In this document: piece by piece, positions 54,101-64,000 of the stretch
How positions within the stretch are numbered: position 1 is the stretch's first letter
Layout of the letters: every line of letters starts with the position of its first letter
Assembly: GCF_006345805.1 (NCBI RefSeq)
Contig: NC_042997.1
Location: 208,072,001-208,136,000, forward strand
Origin: Octopus sinensis
Taxonomy: Eukaryota
Reading direction: 5' to 3'
DNA: 64,000 bases
Notes under the pieces: generated by a model
Seen by the model: the letters and a program-made list of their open reading frames with translations, nothing else
The model's database searches: none
Told to the model about the DNA's origin: nothing
Translations under genes and position numbers: made by a program

Positions 54101-54556
54101 GTAGAGCTACAGACACGGTTCGAAAACCATCACCGGACTGACCTGCCCGAGATGCGGTCAGAGCGACGAAACCGTTCTGCACGCACTCGTGCAGTGTCCA
54201 GATATTTCAGAGCTGTGGACCTTCGTCGAACAACTGTTGTCACGTGTAGGTCGGGCCCCCTATCGGCCGAGTCTATCTTGTGTAATGTTCCACCACCTTC
54301 CTTTAAACGGGAAGGGAAAATGGTTTTCGTTACGCTGATGGCTATGGCGAAAGAATGTGTGTGGTGGACGCGTTTGAAAGGACTGCAAACAAACACCTTC
54401 CTCTCTGGTCAGTCTCTCGTCAACTTTTTCAAGTACCATTTGAAAAGGAGGATGAGAATAGAGAAGAAGGCTTTGTCGAATGAAAGTTTTAATAAAAAGT
54501 GGGTAAAAGTGGCAAAAATGGCCAGTATGAAAGACGACGCCTTACTTAGGGTCTAT
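51164..54556 (+). pseudogene. Tx1 ORF2 (APE endonuclease and reverse transcriptase), disrupted
   Basis: VNAHGL, AVYAP, VGDWN, SYLDRI, TDHKFV, YWKLN, KSPGLD, NFRPITLLNADLKILAK, LDQSKAFDRVDH, SAYADN, GGLGMP. Confidence 0.92.
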
Positions 54557-54849
54557 TGCAAGCCCACAGCAATATCATATCTTCTCCACTATTTCAGTAA
54601 TACGTGTCAAAAGTGAAACAAAGACATCTCTCTACTGTAATGTCAGATACTTTCACTTTAATACTTTCACTTTAATACTAAAAACTATTAAAGCTGGACA
54701 TCAATTATGCTAGAAGATCCGCTATGGTCTTATATGCTACACCACTGGTTTTCAATTCATATTAATCAAATTAATATTGAATTTTTCATCCTTATTATTT
54801 TAAATTTAAATTTAGATGTATATGTGTGTGTGTGTGTGTGTGTGTGGAA

Positions 54850-56035
54850 AAAAGTCAAGATAGAAAGTGCTAAAATAATTTTATAAAAATTTCAGTACCA
54901 GTTTCACTCATTGAGACTTTTTCAATTGTAACAATTAAACAATTAAACAATTAAATTTAAAAGAAAAGTTTTTTTTAAAGAATATTTGTATAATATTCAA
55001 ATAGAAGTGGCATTTTCCTTGTTTCTGCCTCTCTTTGTCTCTCTTTTTTTACTCTTGTGGGTTCAAGGTCATTGTGTGTTCTTGGTAGGAAAGAAGAAGA
55101 AAAAGAAGAAGGAGGAGCAGGAGAAGTGGAAGAAGAAGAATAAGAATTTGAGAGCACCATGATAGTAGTATTTTGAATGATCAGTTGATGGTAGCAGTCC
55201 CGGTTCAATTCATGAAAATATTTCTTTAGAATGTTTTGTTTATAGAATTTGCTTAGGTGTTGTTCTAAAAAGCATTAGTGATAAAGTTAGGAAGGAGGAG
55301 GAGGAGGAGGAGAAGAAGAAGAAGAAGGGAGATTAAGAATGAATGTAGGTAGTGTGAAAGTAGTGAGGTGTTAAATGACTTAAAATTGGGACTGTTTTTT
55401 AATAAATTCTTGGGAATCTCTTGAGTGTATCATCTCTAATATTTGCATGTGTATTTGTGCTATTCTAAGGCCAAGGTGGATATGTCGTTTGTCGAAGACG
55501 CGTTCAGAAGAGGACTGTATTTTGTAATAAAGAGAGTTTCTTTACTAATTCGTTGGCTCTAGGTTGTATCGTCCCTGAATTGGTAGGGGGGGAAAATTCT
55601 GAAGTTTGGATTTTTGTTGTTGGTGCAAATGTCTATATGTTGGCTGAATGCTATTTTTTTGTTTTGGGGGATTTTTATCTGGGATCTGTGCAGGGCAATT
55701 CTTTTACGTAGACTATTTTTTGTTTGGCCTATGTATTGCTCTTGACACCCAGAGCAGGTTAGTGTGTATATCAGGTTTTTCGAAACACATGTAAAGTTGC
55801 TTTTCACTGTGAAACGTTGTCCCTGTTTGAAGGAGAACTCTGATCCCTCAATTACATAATTGCAAATCCCACAATTGGGTCTTCCACATATTTTAACGGA
55901 CAGCTTCTGTGTTGATGAGCATATTCAGGCTTGTGTTAGGAGACTCTTCGTAGATTTGGGCTGTCCCTTACCTTTTATGATGGTGTGTGTTTGGAGGATA
56001 AAGTTCATTCTGTGGTCTGTTTTAGCAGGGGTATG
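54850..56035 (-). mobile_element. Penelope-like element 3' fragment (GIY-YIG)
   Basis: NFTCVSKNLIYTLTCSGCQEQYIGQTKNSLRKRIALHRSQI contains the GIY-YIG signature. Confidence 0.85.
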
Positions 56036-56039
56036 TTTT

Positions 56040-56078
<39 letters not shown>

Positions 56079-56099
56079 CGAGAGAGAGAGAGAGAGGGA

Positions 56100-57975
56100 G
56101 AGAGAAAAGAGACAGGCTTGGAAGGACTGGAAAAATGGTGGTAGCAGGGAATTGTACCAGACTGCCAAAAGGGAAGCTAGGAGACAGGTCTATTTAGCCA
56201 GAGGGGAAGCAGATAAGAAAAAATTTGCCAATGTTCTGCGCTGTGAGGACCAAAGACTTGAGGTATTTCATGTTACAAGACAGTGTGTGAGAGAGAATCT
56301 TGATGTGGTAGGAGAGAAATGTGTTCGCATGGATGATGGCTCACTAGCACCAAATGAGGATGAAAAGAGACAGGCTTGGAAACACCACTATGAAAGGTTG
56401 CTGAATAAAGAAAATGAATGGGATAAAGAGAGTCTGGGGAATGTTGACCCAACAGAGGGACCAGCTATCTCAGTTGACAGTTCCTTGGTAGGTAAGGCAG
56501 TTAGAAGCATGAAGACAGGGAAAGCCCCAGGCCCATCAGGAATTACTGCAGAGATGCTCAAAATATCTGGCAGTATCGGCTATAGCCTAGTCACCCGTAT
56601 AGTTAACCAGGTGATAGACGAAGGAGTCATACCCAATGACTGGTGTAGCAACATAATAGTCAACTGCTACAAAGGTAAAGGTGACGCCCCAGATACAAAT
56701 AATTACTGAGGTATCAAGCTGTTGGATGAGGTAATGAAGGTTACGGAGAGGGTCATAGCCCAACTGATTAGGGAGGGAGTCAACTTGGACAAGATGCAGT
56801 TTGGTTTCGTGCCAGGGAAGAGTACCACTGATGCTATATTCCTGGTAAGAAATACCTAGCCAAAGATAAGCCCCTGTACCTGGCTTTCGTTGACATGGAG
56901 AAAGCCTTAAACAGGGTCCCCGATCCCTTATTTGGTGGTCAATGAGGAAACTAGGGATAGATGAATGGTTAGTGAGAGCTGTGCGAGCCATGTACAGGGA
57001 TGCTGCTAGTAAGGTGAGGGTTGGCAATGAGTACAGTGAAGAATTCAAGGTAGAGGTAGGGGTCCACCAAGGTTCAGTCCTCAGCCCCCTCCTATTTATC
57101 ATAGTCCTCCAGGCAATAATCGAGGAATTCAAGACAGGATGCCCCTGGGAGCTCCTCTATGCTGAGGACCTTGCTCTAATTGCTGAGTCCTTATCAGAAC
57201 TGAAGGAGAAGTTTCAGGTGTGGAAGCAAGGACTAGAATCGAAGGGTCTTAGAGTCAACCGAGCTAAAACCAAAGTCGTAATCAGTAGGAAGGTAGACAA
57301 ATCACAAATCCCTTCAGGTAAATGGCCCTGCTCGATCTGTAGAAAAGGCGTAAGTAGAAACTCTATAAGATGTACCCAGTGTAAGCTATGGACACATAAG
57401 AGATGCAGCAATGTCAAAGGAAGGCTAACTAGGAAGATAGTTTTTGTATGTGGCAGATGCTCAGGAGCAATAAACTCTGAAAATGTGAAGAGAACAACTT
57501 CCGCCACATTCCAGGGAGAAAAACTAGAAATAGTTGATAGCTTCCGTTACCTAGGTGACCTAGTCAGTAGCAGGGGAGTGTGTGCTGAAAATGTAACTGC
57601 TAGAGTAAGAATAAACTGGGCAAAGTTCAGAGAGCTCTTACCTCTGCTGGTGACTAATGGCCTCTCACTCAGAGTAAAAGGCAGACTGTATGACACATGT
57701 GTACGAACAGCCATGCTACATGGCAGTGAAACATGGGCCGTGACTGCTGAGGATATGCGTAAGCTCGCAAGAAATGAAGCCAGTATGCTCTGATGGATGG
57801 CACGTAAAAGCACCCACTACACTCATGGAGTGGTTGGCGTTAGGAAGGGCATCCAGCCATAGAAACATTGCCAGATCAGACTGGGCCTGTTGCAGCCTTC
57901 TAGCTTCCCAGACCCCAGTTGAACCGTCCAACCCATGCTAGCATGGAAAGCGGACGCCAAACGATGATGATGATG
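56100..57975 (+). mobile_element. RTE LINE fragment
   Basis: RT and zinc finger, internal deletion of the C-terminus, family tail and (GAT)n; YADD changed to YAED. Confidence 0.93.
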
Positions 57976-57982
57976 ATATAGA

Positions 57983-60243
57983 TATCATCATCATCATCAT
58001 TTAATGTCCGTTCTCCATGCTAGCATGGGCTGGACGGTTCGATCAGGGATCTGGGAAGCCAGAAGGCTGCACCAGGCTCCAGTCTGATCTGGCAGTGTTT
58101 CTACAGCTGGATGCCCTTCCTAACGCCAACCACTCCGTGAGTGTAGTGGATGCCTTTTTACGTGCCAGGCGAGGCTGGCAATGGCCACGAACTGTTGGTG
58201 CTTGTTACGTGCCACCGGCATGGAAGCCAGTCAAGGCGGCGCTGGCATAAGTCACGTTCGGATGGTACTTTTTATGTGGCACTGGCACAGGGATCACAAC
58301 TACAATTTCCATTGATTTTTGATGTTCGTGTACTTGACTCAATAGGTCTCCTCAATCACAGGGTCAAAACGGTGTTCCTTTACTTGCCACCTTCACAGGA
58401 GTCAGTCCAACTGTCCTGGCAACTGCCGGGTGCCAGTCATAGGATTGGTTCAATTTCGAATTCGATTTCGACTTCGCTTGCCTCAACAGGACTTTGTGTG
58501 TCCAAGGAAGGAAAGGTATGCATAAGTGGACTGGCTACATCCCTGGCAAGGGCCACGGGATGGACTCACTTGTCCTGCCGAGTCTTGTCATGCACAGCAT
58601 ATTTCCAAAGATCTCCGTCACTAGTCATTGCCTCAGTGAGGCCTAAAGTTCAAAGGTCATGCTTCACCACCTCGTCCCAGGTTTTCCTGGGTCTACCTCT
58701 TCCACGGGTTCCCTCAACTGCTAGGGATTGGCACTTTTTCATACACCTATCTTAATACATTCTCGCCACATGACCATACCAGCGCAATCGTCTCTCTTGC
58801 ACACCACAGCTGATGCTTCCAACTTTTCTCTCAAGGTACTTACACTCTGTCGAGTATGAACACTGACATTACACATCCATCAGAGCATACTGGCTTCATT
58901 TCTTGCGAGCTTACGCATGTCCTCAGCAGTCACGGCCCATGTTTCACTGCCATGTAGCATGGCTGTTCGTACACATGCATCATACAGTCTGCCTTTTACT
59001 CTGAGCGAGAGGCCTTTAGTCACCAGCAAAGGTAAGAGCTCTCTGAACTTTGCCCAAGCTATTCTTACACTAGCAGTTACACTTTCAGCACACCCACCCC
59101 AACTACTGACTTGGTCACCTAGGTAATGGAAGCTATCAACTACTTCTAGTTTTTCTTCCTGGAATGTGGTAGAAGTTGTTCTCTGCACATTTTCAGAGTT
59201 TATTGTTCCTGAGCATCTGCCACATACAAAAACTATCTTCCCAGTTAGCTTTACTTTGACATTGCTGCACCTCTTATGTGTCCATAGCTTACACTGGGTA
59301 CATCTTATGGAGTTTCTACTTAAGCCTTTTCTACAGATCAAGCAGGGCCATCTACCTGAAGGCGTTTGTGGTTTGTCTACCTTTCTCCTTATTAGGACAT
59401 TGGTTTTAGCTCAGTTGACTCTAAGGCCCTTCGATCCTAATTCCTCCTTCCACACCTGAAACTTCTCCTCAAGTTCTGATAGTGACTCAGCAATTAGAGG
59501 AAGGTCCTCAGCATTGAGGAGCTCCCAGGGGCATCCTGTCTTGAATTCCTCGATTATTGCCTGGAGGACTATGATAAATAGGAGGGGGCTGAGGACTGAA
59601 CCCTGGTGGACCCCAACCTCTACCTTGAAATCTTCAGTGTACACGTTGCCGACCCTTACCTTACTGACATCGTCCCTGTAGATGGCTTGCACAGCTCTCA
59701 CTAGCCATTCATCTATCCCTAGTTTCCTCATTGACCACCAGATAAGGGATCGGGGGACCCTGTTGAAGGCTTTCTCCATGTCAATGAAAGCCCCATACAG
59801 GGGCTTATCTTTGGCCAGGTATATCTCTTGCAGCTGTCTCACCAGAAATATGGCATCAGTAGTGCTTTTCCCTGGCACGAAACCAAACTGCATCTTGTCC
59901 AAGTTGACTCTCTCCCTAATCAATTGGGCTATGACCCTCTCCATAACCTTCATTACCTGATCCAACAGCTTGATACCTCAGTAATTATTTGTATCTAGGG
60001 CGTCACCTTTACCTTTGTAGCAGTTGACTATTATGTTGCTACACCAGTCATTGAGTATGACTCCTTCGTCTATCACCTGGTTAACTATACGGGTGACTAG
60101 GCTATAGCCGATACTGCCAGATATTTTGAGCATCTCTGCAGTGATTCCTGATGGGCCTGGGGCTTTCCCTGTCTTCATGCTTCTAATTGCCTTAACTACC
60201 AAAGAAGTGTCAACTCGGATAGCTGGTCCCTCTGTTGGGTCGA
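57983..60243 (-). mobile_element. RTE LINE fragment, tail-to-tail with the previous copy
   Basis: Minus-strand ORFs 59978-60301, 59411-59965 and 58880-59341; (CAT)n on the plus strand at 57983-58000. Confidence 0.93.
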
Positions 60244-60387
60244 CATATATGGATGTATATATATATATAATATATATATATATATACACACACACATACA
60301 TGTATATCTATACATGCTTTTGTATACATGTATATGTATAGATGTATTTCCATAGATATAGATGTATATGTATACATGTATGTGTAG

Positions 60388-60465
<78 letters not shown>

Positions 60466-60847
60466 TTAAAAAAAGGAGATGTGGAACACGAGTTGTGATA
60501 TATATAAAAAGTTTTTTCCTCTTATCTGATAAGAGGAAAAAACTTTTGATAAGCATAACAAATGCGCAACCGGTAAAAAGAACTTTCACCTAATTAAATT
60601 ACTTAAATTATTTTGTCAGCATTTTCTTCATTTCCTTTTTTATATATATATATATTGGAAGGTTTGGAGATGATGTACAGGTATTATATATTAGAAGACA
60701 TGAGGTACCCATAAAATCGGATGGTTTATATTTACAGATATTTATGTGTATATTACATATTTTATATATCATATTACTTAGATCATGTATTAGCGCTTTC
60801 TCCCATTCTAGTGGGGTTTTCAAATCAAACTAAGTTCCTGTGTGTTC

Positions 60848-60889
<42 letters not shown>

Positions 60890-60974
60890 GGTAATATGTA
60901 TACATATATATACACATATATACATGCATGCATATATACACCCACCCACCCACACACACACACATACATATATA

Positions 60975-61410
60975 GGTGCAGGTGTGGCTGTGTCGTAACA
61001 AACTTGGTCCCAAAACACATGATCCTGAGTTCAGTTCCACTGTGTGGTAACTTGGCACGTGTCTTCTGCTATATCTGTCTGTCTGTCTACCAGTCTGTGT
61101 GAATCCCTAAAAACCTGAGAACTACACAACCAATTTCATTCACGTTTTACACATGCCTTACTTAGGGTCCATGCTAGGAGAAGATATATTGTGGACTTAT
61201 ATGCTACACCACTGGTTCTAAATTCATATTAATCAAATTAATATTCAATTTTTCACCTTTATTTTTAAATTGTAAGTGTATGTGTGTGCCTTTGTCTCTG
61301 TGTTTCGCCCCCATCACTGCTTTACAACTGCTGTTCATTTATTTACATCCCCATTACTTACTGGTTTCACAAGAACAAACTAATAGAATAAGTACCAGGC
61401 TTATCAACAT
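60975..61410 (+). mobile_element. tRNA-derived SINE with an internal insertion
   Basis: Very similar to 48586-48890; interrupted at about 61075-61275 by sequence matching 45860-46250. Confidence 0.7.
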
Positions 61411-61491
61411 AAAAAAAGCACTAGGCTGTGTCTCATATTTTTGTTTGCCCACTCAGTTGTATCTATCAATTTATCTTTGTATGCGTGTGTC

Positions 61492-61546
<55 letters not shown>

Positions 61547-62141
61547 ATAACGGGAAGCTTTATGAAAATAAACAAAAGACGAAGGCAGGTGGAAAACAAA
61601 TGTATATATATATATATATATATATATCTCTTATTATAAAAGGCAGATTTTATCTGCCTCCCTTTGGGAGTTATAGAAATCTACAATATAGGATTTCTTC
61701 AATTACAATTTACCTAGCATTTTTAAGAGTACGATGCATCGCGTCATGCCAGGTCCAGTTTTTAAAATTTAAACTCCAATTAAGCAAAATTTACAGAAAA
61801 CTCACATTCTGGTGTGTGTGTCAAATGCTTTTCTTAGTCTGGTTTACACCACACGCAAACGCACACACACAGTGGGCAACAAATAAAATGAAACTAATTC
61901 ACTTACTGTAGTGAGTGATTCTTTCACTCTGCCTCCCACTTCCTCTTTCCACACATACACACGCAAATATATAAATAAAATTGTAAGCTAACGTGCGTGT
62001 GTGTGAGTGTGTGTGTGTGTGTGTGTGCGCGTGTGTGTGTGTGTGTGTGTGAGGGTGCGGGTGTGTGTGTGCGTGTGCGTGAGTGTGTGACAGGAAAGTT
62101 TTTTACGACGAATATAAAACCTATATCCAAGTAGCAGAAAG

Positions 62142-62410
62142 ATAAGACAGTAAGGTGTGATTTGAGGGAGATTTGGCTGCTATTTCTACCATGTCTAGCT
62201 GCCATGTAGGGGTCTCCCTCATAGGCTCATACATACATATATACATAGATAAGACAGTAAGGTGTGATTTGGGGGAAATTTGGCTGCTATTTCTACCAGG
62301 TCTAGCTACCATGTAGAGGTCCCCCTCATTGGCTCATATATATATACATACATAAGACAGTAAGGTGTGATTTGAGGGAGATTTGGCTGCTGCGTTTCTA
62401 CCAGGTCTGT
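62142..62410 (+). repeat. Tandem repeat, about 105-bp unit, 2.5 copies
   Basis: Units start ataagacagtaaggtgtgatttg at about 62142, 62249 and 62352. Confidence 0.9.
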
Positions 62411-62776
62411 TAGGCCTTCTCATGTAAACTCAAGCTTTCTCATGCCTTGAACATAAGACCAAAGCAGAGAATGTATTCTTTTATTCTTCTGCTTTTTCCA
62501 GCCATTGGTCTGTGGCCATGCTGGGGCAATGCCTTGAAGAATTGTAGTTTAATGAATCAACTCCAGTTTTATTTTTGTAAGCATTGTACTTATTCTATCT
62601 GTTTCCTTTGTCAAACCACTAGGTGACAGGGATGTAAACAAACCAACATTCGTGTCAAGCAGTGGTGGAGGACAATCACAAGCACAGACACGCACACACA
62701 CACACATACATGCATACACATATACACACATACAACATACCACATACATACATATATATATGTGTGTATATATATA

Positions 62777-63033
62777 TTGCAGCGTGGAAGGTGTTTGTAA
62801 GCCATTTAAGAAACACACAAAAACCGTTACATTCACTTCAACATTTAAATTTAATTTGCCAAAAATTTTCGTCGCTTTGAGACCGCGACCTGTTCACTGA
62901 CAAAAATATCGTGCTAACAGGTCGCGGTCTCAAAGCGACGAAAATATTTTGACAAATTAATTTAAATGTTGAAGTGAATCTAACGGTTTTTGTGTGTTTC
63001 TTAAATGGCTTATAAACACCTTCAACGCTGCAA
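62777..63033. repeat. Palindromic element with ~118-bp arms
   Basis: 62777-62894 is the near-perfect reverse complement of 62916-63033; set in (TA)n. Confidence 0.92.
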
Positions 63034-63196
63034 CTGTTTTCGTTCCAGCACACGATCTCAGATCAAGTCACTTGCTATGCAAGTACATCTCTGTAACTAT
63101 ATATATATTATATATATATATATATGTATATTGGTACAAAAACAGTAAGATAACAAAAGAAAGAAAGAGACCTCAATATTATGTAAATAGAGGAAA

Positions 63197-63591
63197 TCTT
63201 TATATATAAAAGTGAGGTTGTGTGTCTGTCTCCTACGATTTACATTCCTAACTACTCCCACATTTTGCGGTGCAGTTTAACCAAAAACGGGTATCTTATA
63301 GTGGTGATTCATATCGAGACCGTCTGGGTATTAGCGCGCGTCTACGATGAGTCTACGATTTTAAAAAAAATTTACCATCAATTTTTCCCATTTTTAATCC
63401 ATTTTTGACATATATAAGGGAAGTAACTCTCTAAAATTTATTATTAAATCTCAGAACGTAAAAAGCTACAGTAAACACCCCTCCCCCTTTGTGGTTAGCC
63501 ATATTGAGATGGCTATTATACTTTACATCTCTAAAAATGCTTATATAATTATTTCCCTTACAAACCCGAGCAACGCCGGGCGATACTGCTA

Positions 63592-63592
<1 letters not shown>
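63197..63592 (+). mobile_element. Non-autonomous Helitron
   Basis: 5' TC, 3' hairpin cccgagcaacgccggg and CTAG, inserted between A and T. Confidence 0.85.
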
Positions 63593-63656
<64 letters not shown>

Positions 63657-63714
63657 TAGATAAATGAATTATCTTAATTCAAAGATATATATTATATATT
63701 ATATATAGACACAG

Positions 63715-63761
<47 letters not shown>

Positions 63762-64000
63762 AAGTAGATAAATGAATTATCTTAATTTGAAAGATATATA
63801 TATAAATAGATGAGTGTATTTTACCTTGTTAACAATTAACACGGATAAATGAATGAATAGTTACCAGGGCAGCAAAATCTCACAAGTAAAGATGTTGTAA
63901 CTCCTTGTTTATAAAGGTTGAAACTTCGTGTTTACGTTGAATATTTGAATAATAGGAATAAAAAATGGAGTCAACGCAGGTTTAAACAAGTATTTTTTTC

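Larger units (their letters stand above)
49020..54556 (+). mobile_element. Tx1/L1-clade LINE, nearly full length (ORF1 and ORF2)
   Basis: ORF1 with CCHC knuckle followed by ORF2 with APE, RT and C-terminal Cys region; few disruptions. Confidence 0.93.

Noticed and set aside
61627-62120. Possible third Helitron starting TCTCTTATTATAAAAG
   Set aside because: 5' end is suggestive but no 3' hairpin with CTRR was found.
62142-62410. CRISPR-like repeat spacing
   Set aside because: Whole units repeat with no unique spacers; eukaryotic context with no cas genes.

Overview
AT-rich eukaryotic DNA, mostly transposon-derived, with many microsatellites. The repeat types (RTE LINEs with (GAT)n tails, tRNA-head SINEs, Penelope remnants in (TA)n) suggest a cephalopod, probably Octopus; this is an inference. 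Seven small minus-strand exons with GT-AG sites and compatible phases (44674-44538, 44256-44029, 43449-43222, 24273-24219, 10502-10366, 10084-9857, 9286-9059) splice into one open frame. It encodes two tandem macrodomains of a PARP14/PARP9/PARP15-like gene; the rest of the gene lies outside the window. The two modules are a ~1.5-kb duplication with nearly identical introns but exons carrying a strong excess of amino-acid changes. The introns hold RTE, Tx1/L1, R4/Dong-like, CR1 and Penelope-like retroelements, non-autonomous Helitrons, Tc1/mariner remnants and an almost intact piggyBac. Several Penelope-associated hammerhead-ribozyme-like motifs occur, some inside palindromic mini-elements. Boundaries of decayed repeats are approximate.
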